Below, in pieces: positions 11,391-23,773 of a DNA stretch of 43,082 bases. Under the pieces are notes generated by a model. The model did no database searches. It saw nothing but the letters and a program-made list of their open reading frames with translations, and was not told the origin of the DNA. This DNA comes from Hydrurus foetidus (Eukaryota): contig UYFQ01000317.1 of NCBI GenBank assembly GCA_900617105.1, forward strand, positions 1-43,082, written 5' to 3'. The position numbers and the translations under genes were made by a program. Position 1 is the first letter of the stretch; the number at the start of each line of letters is the position of its first letter.

Positions 11391-13163
11391 TTATTTCTTC
11401 CCTTTTTTGGACCTTTTCTGTGTTGTGAAATAGCAAACATTGTCATCGCTTTCATCTACTATATCATCGGTATTTGATCGTTTAGTTGAGGCACCTCTTG
11501 TTACCCTAGCGGAGCTGGACGAGCTGGATGATTTCTGTGAGCTAGACGAGGTGGATATAGTTGGTCCTGAGATTTTATTGAATACAAATTGTTTGGTTAT
11601 AGGAACCTGATACGGCCGACGTGCTTGATGCATCTCGTATGATGTCGCTATTGAGTCTTGAGTATCCTCAGATGGAGTAAAGACAGGCTGAGAGTTGTTT
11701 GCTGTTTTTTCAATGGTACCAAATCCTTTTTCCATCTCAACTAAATGCTTCTCTTGAACTACTTCATCGTCCTCACTTTTAACGTCTTCCTCTTCCATCT
11801 CATCTTCCTCATTATCTCTTTGCTCCTCTTCCTCTTCTTGTCCTCCTTCTTCGGATTCCTCGTCTTCATCCTCTTGATTCCTTTCATCAAGTTCCTCGTC
11901 TCCTTCATCCTCGGTGTCTGCATCGGTGTTATACTTCTCAAGTGTAATTTTTGAAGCACCTGACCTAATACTTGTATCCAAGGGAATGGCTTCGTCCACA
12001 GCGACAGGTGTAATTGGAGATGCCTCATCAGCCAAGTATTCATAAATTGGAATGTCTTTCTTGATAGTTTGATAGTACTCTATGCCAGGACAGCCATGTA
12101 ACAAGTACTCCATGTACTCTGTTTGTAATCCTTCCCGATAATCCTCCGGTAGGAATGGCAGCTTCAGAAGCTTCTCGAGTTCATCAATCCTCTATGCGCG
12201 AACAAAATATTACAAGTTATTATAGGGTATTTGAATGTATCCATCAAATTGAATTACCTGTTGTCTAAGCTTCATCTCAACCATTGCCTTATTGATCGCC
12301 AAGTTATTTAGATTAACTTTCGATTCTTGCTCGATGAGTAAGTCATGGCTTGATGGTTTCTTGAGCTCCACGTTGACCTTCTTGAGCTCTTCTTTCCTTT
12401 GCACGTGTCTTTGAGACTTGCGGCTTTGTGACTTGGTCGGTTTAGCAACGGACGAAGCCGCAGAGGAATTGCCAGGACCAGAAGATTGCCTATTAAAATG
12501 ATATCACAATTAGGAAAGGATGTAGCGAGGAATCATCAATGACAGAACTTACTCGATATAGAAAGCCTTATCAGGCTTCTCAGAAGCTACTCCATACAGG
12601 AGAAAGACTTCCCATTCTTGAGGATACCAATCGGCTGTAAAATCCTTCATGACATAGCCCCTAGGATTTTTGGATTTGGACTTCGCCGTATCTTGTTCAG
12701 ACTGGAACAGCAGCTGTCGCGTTTTGAAGAGAATTTCTTCTTTCGATTTCCCAGATGGAATAATACCATCTTTGCCAAGGCACTTCACATAGATTGGCGT
12801 GATCTGATTGATCACATATCTCTTAATATCGGCAAATTTCCTCCAGAGACTAATTCCATCGTGCTCATCATCAGGCAAAGATGTATTGTTCATAAATTTG
12901 CAAGTACGAAAGTACTTGTCTTTGGACAAAAGACGTAAGGACGGCGGCTGGATAAAAGAAGAAATGTGCTCGTGGAATTGCTTCATAATTCTAACATGAA
13001 TCTGAGGCAGCGTCATTTCATACGCCGGGATGGACATGCCCGCTCGAGCTATCAACAAAAACTGCTTGGACCTGATGTCCGTCAACTGTCGCTTTGCTAC
13101 CGCCATTGAAAAATTGGTGGTAAAAGTAACTTGAATGTGATTGCCTGGGCCATACAAGGCCAT
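11391..13163 (-). CDS. Accessory protein (ORF2) of the inner Harbinger, 3 exons, ~547 aa, divergent Myb/trihelix-like region plus acidic tail
   Basis: Exons 13163-12553, 12489-12258 and 12191-11391 joined in frame by GT-AG introns of 63 and 66 nt. SLWRKFADIKRYV..IY..PSGKSKEEIL..LLF..EWEVF resembles Harbinger ORF2 proteins. C-terminal basic KRSKKGKK. Confidence 0.75.
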
Positions 13164-13368
13164 CCTAGGTCAAAATATCGTCATTTCAAACGAGTTCTCC
13201 CTTACGAAGAAGGAGCCCAAATCCCGTCTCGAATTCTCAAAATCGGTCAATACGAAATTCAAAAAACGATTCCGTTGCGCTATATGGGTCTGGAGGGGCG
13301 ACAAATCACCGGTTTTCAATTAAAAATCCGTAATCCGTGGCGCTATAAGGTTTGGCCTTACCGAACGC

Positions 13369-13938
13369 AGTGATTCCGCGAGAATGATGTTACATATTCC
13401 ACGAGTGTACCTCCAATGCCGAAACTCAGTGGACAACGTAGAATTAAATGACACACTGCAGTTGCTGACTCCGCTGTTTTCGGACAGACAAATGTTTTTT
13501 GGGAAAATGCTTTTTGCAACCTAAAGATGAAGCCCACATAAGGTGTATGAGATAGAGGTGCGACGCTGGGCCTAAATTTGGTGCACAGTCTCCGCAACTC
13601 GTGGGGCATTCATGAGTTTACTCACTTGGCAAACGCTTGAAACGGCAGCCGAATTTTGACGTCATTGTGTCATCCTGACGTCGGGACAACTGATAAATTG
13701 TGAAGAAACTTCTCCATGGTTGATACGCATCATTTTCCGCAATTTTTTTGCGGCATCAACGCCTTTGCTAAATCACTCATGACGGAGACGAAATCAATGT
13801 CCAGTTGGCGATTTTACAACGACTTCTACGGTCGTTATCTGCTTTGATATTTCTGTAGGGGTGTTTGTTGCGGTGGAGTCAGGAGTTGAATAAATGATAA
13901 TTTTTTAAAATCTCACCACGTTTACGTTTTTCACCACG
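13369..13938 (+). repeat. ~570-bp direct repeat, copy 2
   Basis: Matches 6087-6656 with 3 substitutions. Confidence 0.95.
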
Positions 13939-14124
13939 TTTCTGGGATATGTCCAGCACAATATTTGAAAAAAAATAAGTGCGAAAAGTTCCCACTTCGG
14001 TGGTTTCGGTTTTCTGTTTTTCAAAATTTTCGTCATCCGATGCAGGAAGCGTTGGGTCTACAGTCTCGAGAGGTTTCCGTTTTTTCGAAATCGGAGTCGT
14101 CGATCGTAGGCGTCTGTTCCTCAT
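13370..14124 (-). pseudogene. Decayed spliced ORF of unknown identity that seems to run through the duplicated segment and continue left of 6087
   Basis: ATG at 14124 (MRNRRLRSTTPISKKRK), possible donor sites near 13996 and 13625, protein-like fragments broken by stops. No recognisable domain. Confidence 0.3.
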
Positions 14125-14319
14125 ATTATGTATGTCAAGATGTGTCCCATATAATCCAGATAATTACTGCAATCACATTCCCCCAGGCAAAGCGGTTGGA
14201 GGATAAGGAGACGCAACAGAAAAGAAACTAATGTGCTAACTGCTTTAACTGTCTCGACAGTGATTTTTCAAGGAGTGGTGTTTAACATCCTTTTGTAATA
14301 TTCTAATTGATTTGGTACG

Positions 14320-17300
14320 ATGGCCGACAGTCTTAACCCTCTGGTAGACAAACTTGCCGAGGTTCGTTCAACGCATTCGCAGCAGTGAATTTTTGGATGC
14401 ATTTATATATGTAACGCTTTTTTCTCACAGGAACTGGAGGATAAACCAGACAAATGGTTTAACAGTCCTAAAGGTTGGCTTTTCAAGCCTAGCTTCTCAA
14501 GAGCACAGCAAGATCGCGACGCAGACGATCCAAACAGAAGGACTTCCGGCGCATTCTCTGGTTTAAAAGCCCTCGTCAAAGGTTCTGTAGGCTCTACTTA
14601 TCAGAAGAGATACTTTATTCTAAATATGGAAAGACGCTTCTTAGCGTACTACAAAGATGATCAAATTGGTTCACCGGAAAGTGGGTACATCGATATGTCA
14701 CGTATAACTGACGTTCAATTATCAGTAATATCGGATGCGCCACAATTTGCTTTCGATTTGGTGAGCGCTGAAAAATATTATACTCTAGCAGCAGAGAGTC
14801 AAGCTACCATGATCCGATGGGTATTTGCCATCAACTCCTGCAGACCACAGCAGCTGAGCACAGCGATCTCTAGTACAGCGAATGAGGCAGAAGTTGAGCA
14901 TCACAACAGCAAACTAATACGAGACAAGTGGTCCCGGTACGAATATACATACCAGACGAAAGGACCCCTTATGTTGAACGTCATGGGGACTACGAACAAA
15001 GATAGCAAAACTGGAAAAGTTATAAATAACTGGATAATAGTGACTTCCTTCGAGCCAACAGCAGATGGCAAGCCAGGTCGGTCTGAATCTACTGGAGTTA
15101 TCAGTGTTAAGGACTATCTCGTGGCGGTGAATGGTATGGATTTAATGAAGTATAATTTCAACGAAGCTATGGATCTTATTAACAGGGCGCCTTTCCCCAA
15201 AACAATTCAATTTCTACGGGATAACACTGGTGACAGGCAAGTAAGCAGGGCAGAAGGTTGGGCGGTAGTATTTTATCCTTCGCTCAACAGAAAGAGGAGG
15301 AGATATGTGGATGTGCGATGGGACTCAATCAACTTCCGCAAGCCAGCACCTGGTGGTTCAGCGAATGCACAGAGGGACGCTTACATCACACTGGATAAAG
15401 TGGAGAGTATCAAGCCAATGATTGACCGGACAATGCCTCTCGATCAGCAGTACATCTTGCGACTGCTGTGCAAGTCAGGGGCAGTGGTGGATCACGTTGG
15501 AGACGACGACAATTCCTTGGGATCAAGTGCAGTGACGTACATTGACCTCTGCTTTGCAAAGGACTCTCAAATGAAGAACTGGCGGTCTATTCTTGTGTCA
15601 CCTACTATCTACAGCAACACGAATGACGCGACTTCTATACCTGTTCAGGATCTGGAAATAATCGAAAGCAACACAGCTAATCTCACCAAAGAAGTCACAA
15701 ATATGGCCATAAAAAGTGATCTAACGGGACATTTTGCTCCAAGGGATTTCACGCTCAATTTAGGATTTCTGACGTGGACAAGAGTTGGTCAAAAGATGCA
15801 AAATGGCAACAGACACAGAGGCATGGAATTGTACAACGCTTTCGGATGTAACTTAACATCTGTACGTGCTATTGAACTCCCAGCGCAACATAGACACAGC
15901 AATTATAAATTCCAGCTTATACTAACAACAGAAGAGCAAGTCGTCACGATTGGTTTCAAAGATGAAACAAGCATGTTAAGATGGTTGGAAGCAATAAAAG
16001 ACGTTATTAAAAATGCTCCCGTTAAAAATTCAGATGAAGTGTATATGAGTGTGGCAACTGAGAGGGAATATGTAAATTCGGGAGATGAAGAAGAGGATAT
16101 GCAGGATCTTGTTGGTAATATGAGGTCTACTAACTTGGATGGAAACAGAAATGGCGTCCAAGGTGAGTTTTCAGCGTGCGTTTTTGTTATGATTGAGATC
16201 ATAGGCTCATACTTATTGTACAGGAAAAGTAATTCGTTATTTTTTCTATATTTCTTGTGAGTGTTACTTCTATATCATATTATTTCAATTTTCTTTCACT
16301 TTACCTGCTGTTTGTAATTCACTGAGTCACACAATCTGTCTTGGCTTTCTACTAAATCACTCATTAAATCATATCTCACTCATCGAATTTATCTATTTAA
16401 TTTGAGAATCTACTGTAATTTTTCGTCATGCTTTATTTAGGGTATTTATATTTGAAAAGCAAGAGTATGCTAAGCACGACAAATAACCAGTACAGGAAGC
16501 GCCATTTCATACTTCATGAATACATACTATCTTGGTACAAGACTAGTTCTGAGGTGAGTAACTCAAGCGTTGCGCGTTTGATAATTACACTAGTAGATCC
16601 GTAATTTTTGTACATTTCACATTTCTAGATTGTATTGCACCTTCTCTGCCGTGCTGTACCGTACCGTACGCATCGTACCGCGTAGTTCTGTGTGTTGCGT
16701 CAGCATACAGCAGAGGATGTCTACAGATGCATCATATCTGCCTTACACCAACATCATCCAGCAGTGAATCCTATTTATTCCCTCAGAACATCACCACCGG
16801 TACATACCACTTATCTCATTTTTTTCATTTTATTTCAACGTTTCATTCTTCAGATCGCAGCTGGTCTGCCCCCTCAAGGGACAGTGGATCTCAGAAGTGC
16901 CTACGAGGTGCGTGCGTTGAAGTTGCTCCATGAAACCTCTCCTATCATCCCTCCTCTTTTTTTCATATCATTCTCCCCTATCGCTTACTCCTTTGTACTC
17001 ATTTGCAACACACACATCAGAGTAACTGTACTTCAATGATCTTCATTTTCTCATCTTCACATCATTCCTCTTTTTATCTTCATTTTTTCCCCGTTATTTT
17101 TCATCTATGTTTTTAGGTGCGAGAGAGTCAAGATCCTTCTGCGCCTGAGAACTCCATCGATATTGTCACAAATGAAAAGGTACGTACGTACGCAAGTGTA
17201 ATATGTATAAATTCACTTCTCACATCGACAATTCGTACTCTCATTATTTATTGCATCATCAGCATTCTTCCATTACTCCTTTTTACACCGTCTGCGCACC

Positions 17301-19051
17301 TAATTTTCAAATCCATTCACTCCAATAGGTTAACCTCATAGCCCACAAGTCCCTTTTACTATAACCCTATCATCTTCTCATCACTTCTTCCATCTATCCT
17401 TTGTCAACCTGTAGATAATGACGATGGCAGCAGTGGATGAAGCCGACTTTAACTTGTGGCTTGACGCGCTTTCCGACACTCTTGAAATCCGTGAAATGGC
17501 CATACAGGTCAGTTCACCGATTCATTATTTCCACTTATATATCTCTAGAATACATGTGATGTGATGATGCATCTTGTAAAATCAAGGAATTATCTTTTTT
17601 ATTGGTTCTTATGCCGTGGATGGATCATGATATGTTTACACTGTCCATATAAAGCGTCTTTTTATGATTTTTTTTGTTATTCATCTCATTCTGCTTAATG
17701 CAAGTGCACTATTCGATCAGCAGAAAAAATTGCACCACGAAAAAGATGCATCGTTGTTGGTCCTTATTTTGAAATCTATTATTGCCAGTTGTGCTGTATA
17801 GAACGATAAGTCACAAACTCTTTTTTAACATCATTCCACGACATTCTCACTTACACCGAACAGAGAGACGGTTTCAATGGTGGCTCGAAGGCAGATAAAG
17901 CGGTTAGAAGTTTGTCGAAAGAAGAGAGGAAAGCAGAGAGAATCGCAGCTATCCGATCAGCTGTGGTGTATGCGGGAACTCTGATGATGAAGAACTCGAA
18001 GGAAAGCATGTTCAAGAGCAGCTGGAAAGAAAGATATTTTGTAATTGCATCAGGTGTCAAGTGGTGACTGTATTTCGCATGCATGGTGTTATGTCGAGAG
18101 TAAGCGGGCCGTTCTGTGTTCTTAACTGATGTCATTGTGAATTATGGTCTGCGCCTTGATGACGTGTGATGCGACAGCGAAATTATGTACGATATGAAGT
18201 GATGTGTGATGTGACATGATGCGGAGTAGTCAACTTCCTACGTTTTTCTAGCTCTTTGAATTTCTCCTAGTCGCTGATGTAGACGAACTCCTCGCTCTCC
18301 TCTCTCTCTCCTCCCACCCTTCATCCCACGTTCTTCTCAAGGCGCTCTGACGTACTATGCGGAACAAAGCGACATGTTCGACTTGGACAAGGACTGCAAA
18401 GGAGAAATCACTCTGGCGAACATTCAAGTGGTGGAGAGCACTAACGACGCGAAGTACCGATCTGATTCTATTTTCGATGTGCAGGCACGGGTGCTTGAGG
18501 GGGGAGACAGTGACGGAATGAGAGTGTTCACGTTCGATGCACGTACACCTGATGCTGCAGAGAAGTGGATGAGGGAGTTGTGTCGTGCGACAGAGATATT
18601 GGAGATGAAAAAGAGCTCCAGGGGGGTGTTGACCAGTACAGTGAGTGAGAAGATGGTGCAAGCACGCAACAACAAGAGGATGGCGATGAGTGGCGGCACG
18701 GGTGTGACAGTCATTCCTCTTGTTCCTGCAGTGGCCACCAGTCCGAGGCAGCTGACAGAAGTGGACGATGAGGTGTGTTCCACCAATGGGAGCTTTGACG
18801 GAACCACCCCCTCTAAGTCCGTCGAGGGCTCTTCCCCGAACACGTCACACCGAGGGGTGAGAGGCGCGAAGAGGGGCATGGGCAGGGGAGTGGATTTTCG
18901 GGGAGGCTCATCCGCTGCTGCTGTGGCCTTTAACCGACAACCCTCCTTAGACTCCTATGACCGTGCTGACTTGTTCAGCACACCGGCTATCGAGGAGAAG
19001 GCACCCATACAATCCACCTATGCTGACGCCTACGGTAACACGGGCCTGTAG
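14320..19051 (+). CDS. Multi-PH-domain protein with one PDZ domain (about 8 exons)
   Basis: Approximate exons 14320-14361, 14431-16162, 16441-16553, 16854-16907, 17117-17179, 17415-17507, 17864-18053, 18342-19051. PH motifs KGWLFK..YQKRYFIL..LAYYK..GYIDM..MIRWVFAI; GYLYLKS..YRKRHFIL..LSWYK; YAGTLMMK..WKERYFVI..AEKWMREL. PDZ-like GVISVKDYLVAVNG. Confidence 0.88.
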
Positions 19052-19811
19052 AAAGAATGCGATATGCACAGATGCACGAACGATTTTTATGGTGCTGTAG
19101 TAATATAAGAGAAGCACGAAATGTATAAGATAGGAGAGGATGAGAAGAAGGGAGGGATGTAAGAAAAGGAGAAGAAGTGACGCAAAAGAGAGATGAGGAG
19201 ATGAGTCTTTCGCCGCAGTCACTCTACTAGAGGTCTTATTTGTTTTATTACAACACGTTAAGTTACTTCTTGTGCGATTACAGTTGAAATGAATATGACT
19301 TCAAAGTCGATGGTTTGATTACTCGTACTTGGAACACCGCATCATACATAATAGATAATTAGAAAGTCCATTTTACTTCAAAAAATAACCATTGTCTGAA
19401 GGCAAACACGTCTTGATTTAGGTAAGAGCACATTTTAATCAATGAACATCTAACACAATTAATTTTCCTTACAGTTCTGTGGCGTGTAATTAATTAAGTC
19501 CCACTTTTTGGCTTCATTTTTGTACTCCGTTTGGATGCGTTCTGTTCGGCACAATCCTGCTGGGATTACCGTAAGAAGGAGCTATTGGAGATCATGTTCT
19601 GTAGCGTACTTGATATTCTCGCGCTAAGAAACGTCACCGCATGGCATGGCTGCAGTCAGGGAGGAAGTCTGATTGCATAGAATGCACGCGTCATTGTCTT
19701 GGTATCTAGTGTTGCGAAACAGCGTCGCATGACAGATGAGTTATTAATTGGGTATGTTGCATACATGTCTCATGACTTATCTCTTATCTCCCCCTGTGCG
19801 CTCTTCTATTC

Positions 19812-19971
19812 ATTCTGTTGGCATGTTCGTACTTACATCGAGGACGTACAGGTGGCGAAGTGGAACAATCTCTCTGTCTTGAATGTCTTGATTCTGTTGG
19901 CATGTTCGTACTTACATCGAGGACGTACAGGTGGCGAAGTGGAACAATCTCTCTGTCTTGAATGTCTTGAT
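19812..19971. repeat. Perfect 79-bp tandem duplication, just upstream of the Mre11-Rad50 gene
   Basis: ATTCTGTTGGCATGTTCGTACTTACATCG...GAATGTCTTG at 19812 and 19891. Confidence 0.9.
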
Positions 19972-20054
19972 CTGATCCACAGGGAGCAGTACATCTGTAG
20001 TCTCAGACGATGGGTTATCTGAGAAATGGCGATGCGTAAAGGAAATCAACAGCA

Positions 20055-23000
20055 ATGAGAAGCTCGGCTAAAGTCTTTTTTTTGTTGACCATGATTAGAA
20101 AATCTTTTCCATTCTTGAATCGTCACTTCAAAACTCTTGTCAGCCTTAGAAGTGAAGCAGTCTTTCACGGCGGCCCAGTCGGCAGAAAGCTACTATCAAC
20201 GTCATCAGAGTCACTGGAAGTGGGTTCCTATGTTCTCTTGAAGACAAGCAGCAGCGGCATAAGTAAGATTGATAATGGCCTCTATCATACTATCAGAAAT
20301 ACGAGTGGCACTCCAGTCGCACAGCTTTATTGAACGAGTTGCTTAACACTCGCAAAACTGAAATCTTCACTCCATTTCTTCGTTGATTCCAGCAGATCAG
20401 AAAGGATATGTGGTCGGGAAAGCCAGCGGGTGGTGGACGATCGCTATCGATAATGACAAGTTGACGACTAACCAACCAGAGGTACTATTCCTCTACAGTA
20501 GTTCTTTCTATGCCTACTTCACTGAGTTGTCTGCGAGCAAAACTCAGCACGAATGTGCAGAAAAACTAACAGAGACTTTTCTGTTTTCATTGGAAGACTG
20601 TCAGGGCCAGATTATCGACTTTATCCCAAATACTAGATGTGAGGACAGCAGCTGATAAAGAAGTAATATTGAGCAGCATCACTTCGGCAGCACCTAAATC
20701 AGTGAAACCGAAACCGAAGCTAACTGTGCAAGAAATGAAAGATGATGATGTCAGTGTTGATGCAGCTGAAATCAGAGAAATAAGTAACTTTGAGTTGAAG
20801 ACCATCGAGGCTCCAGCAGCCCACAGAGAAATGAAGAACTGGATCATCTTCTCTGACTTACATGTGAAGAGGTTAGTGATGGCTGTTGTCAGTATGCGAG
20901 TACTGCTAATGGCAACTCTGATAGCCTTTCTGCTCATGACTATGTTGATGATAATGCTGCAGTACTGATGAAGCGGACATTATGATGGTTATGTATTACT
21001 GCTAACAACAATTTTTATTCGAGGAAATCATCTACATAAAAGCACCAATTGCACATCACAGATATAACTGCCAAAAAGATGAATATTCAATCCATATGAT
21101 GCGCTTATTTTGCTTTCATTATATACTATTTATCTATGATGTAGTGCTTCCATCGACACTTGCGAAGTGGTGTTGAAAACAGTACATGATGCAGCTGTTG
21201 AAAAAAATGCGGGAATAATTTTCTTAGGTGAGATTAGTAACAATTGTTCTGAGTGATTTTTGATTTTTGATGGTGTGGAAGTTGAGGCTATGAGTATGAG
21301 ACTCAAGGCAGAACCATCAATGAAAACTGATTCGATGAGAAGTACTAGAAAAGATTGTTGTGACGGATAATTAGTGAAAATGTACCCAGCGAATACATGA
21401 TTTAGAATGAATAAAAAGGAGTTCTTCTTTTTTTACATTCATGATAAACTTTCAATGAGAAAGCAAGAAAACTGTTAAGAAAATGTTGTATCCGTATTGG
21501 AGACTTTACTGCTGTTTGATCATAATCGCCGAAAATATAATCCAGGTGATTTTTGGCATGTCCGAGGGGCACTGTGTGTGGATCTGCTGAATAGAGTGCT
21601 CTTCTCTTTGAAGCAGTGGAAGCAACCGGTTATCATGATCCCTGGGAACCACGATCAGGTAGGAGGGTTGACTGACATTATTGTCGAAATCAAAATTACA
21701 ACTTCATAGGAATATCGTATATTTTCTCGAAAAAGGCTTATCACTGAATATTCGTCAAATGTGCCTCGAGAAAATCCTCACAACTGCTTTTTTGTTTTGG
21801 CCTCGAGAAAAAGTGTCCGTTATTTAGGTGGATATATTGCTGTAATTTCTGTTGATGTCTGTTCTCTGTTGCACTCTTCCAAGAGGGCGTCAAGTGCAAT
21901 GCGTTCTCGTATTGTGCAGTAATTATCATCTTGACGTAATACGATGTCCGATAAGTATGAACGAATCCGAGGTGGAAATGGTGATTTCAACAGTGCTCAA
22001 ATCCGTTTTCGTTCTTTGTTTCGGAAATTTGTTCTCTTTCGGTAATAGTGACTAGCATTTTTGCAATCGGTTCGGTAATTTAAGATATTAAGAGTGACAA
22101 TATGGATTTGCAGACGTCATTGCTTATGTCATATGTAATGCATTGTTTGCTGGTAGAGACACTTATTTGATGATGAGTCAGATAAAGTAGCATAATCAGA
22201 AAAACAAACTGGGCAATTACAGCGCACGAAATCTATCACCAATATAATGTAAATGATATCTGCAGTCACTAATGTTGCTATTTGACGATGGCTATTTGGA
22301 ATGCCTCGTATCAGATTGTAACTACTTCTATATTCTATGTAGATTAGTTACTCTTCGCTCTTAATACTTGAATTCTTCAGATTTATTAGATTTACTAAAA
22401 GTTAAAAGTTCGATTCAATGATTTCATGTTTCATTCTACTAGTTATTCTGATTCTAAGGTCATCAGTTATAGTGACAGAAGTCCTTTTGCTTTACAAACA
22501 TGAACGGTGTATACCGCATAATCTCATTTCATTTTGTTCTATCTATTCAATTTAGTATGATAACGTATATCTTGATATGTCATGTTAATATGTCATATTT
22601 TTATTTACATTATTATTTCTATGATCATATTTGTCTTGTAATCGATTATATTATTTATGTTATTATGTGTATTATTTCATGTTATTTACAGGTGTCGTTG
22701 GGTGGAGCTGTACACGCACTTGAACCGTTATCGTACGTATTTGCACCCGGCCAAATACTGCTAATATCAGAACCAGTGATTTGCATGGGTGCCCTATGGA
22801 TACCTTACAGACGAAATCCGGATATGATGAAAGCTATACTCACAGCTGGAGCGTATCAGGAAGGAAATGAAAAAGTGCTACCGGATGAAATAAAAGAGAA
22901 ATTAAAAGAAAATGAAGCGGTAAGCATAATATTTTGTCATGCAGATATACAGGGGGCGTCAATGAACGATGGAATGCGCTGCAGAGAAGGATTGGACATC

Positions 23001-23678
23001 TCTGCCTTCCCTCCCAATATACCGATTTATAGCGGACACTTTCATAAGCCCCACACGGTACGGATGTATATACATGCGTGCTTTTTATTGTTGCTGTATT
23101 TTCATGTATATATTTTTGAAGCTGAATTGAATGCTCCGAATGTAGACTGAAAATTAATGAAACGTTCTCAATTAAATGTTCCCATTTGATTGTTTTATTT
23201 CTTTTATCAGATGGCGAGAGGAAAATCGAGTCTAAGGTAGTAATATTTGAAATCACTGCTTATTCTACTGTATTCTGTCGCCGTCTTTACTCTTCGTATT
23301 TTGTAGTAAAATAGTGCAAGAAACTGTGTAGTTATGGTTATGTTTTGTAGAGCACGGTATGATCGAATCACACGATACTAACATTGTCGCGGTCACAACT
23401 GACAAGAATACCGTACTACCGAATCTGACCTCCGAGAACAGTGCTTACCGCCCAATACTAGTCGAATATCCTCAGAAACAATCCTTTAAAGCGCTATTTA
23501 CTTCTGACTTCGGCGGAGTCATTGCTCCTTTTTTATCATCAATTTTCGTACGCTCATCAATGAATGCTGTCGTCGTATATTCGCTGAATTTAATAGATGA
23601 CAACAAGTTCTCGATGACAATGAATGCAACACATTTTTAAAACAGTATTAGATTCATATTTGTCTTCATCTTTCTTCT

Positions 23679-23773
<95 letters not shown>

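Larger units (their letters stand above)
9476..13357. mobile_element. Inner PIF/Harbinger-superfamily transposon (3882 bp), apparently intact and autonomous
   Basis: TIRs GGCCAAACCTTATAGCGC / GCGCTATAAGGTTTGGCC extended by ACGGATTACGGATTTT. TTA TSD at 9473-9475 and 13358-13360. Two convergent uninterrupted genes. Confidence 0.92.
6656..13369. mobile_element. Outer PIF/Harbinger DNA transposon (decayed) carrying a nested Harbinger inside its right TIR
   Basis: Left end GGGTGCGTTCGGTAA (6656-6670); right end TTACCGAACGCA (13358-13369, terminal CCC missing). Convergent Myb/SANT ORF and DDE transposase, the standard PIF/Harbinger pair. Confidence 0.85.

Noticed and set aside
6087..13938. 570-bp direct repeats as LTRs of a retroelement carrying DNA transposons
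   Set aside because: Identity extends beyond any TG..CA pair, there is no flanking 4-6 bp TSD, PBS or PPT, and the repeats abut Harbinger TIRs directly.
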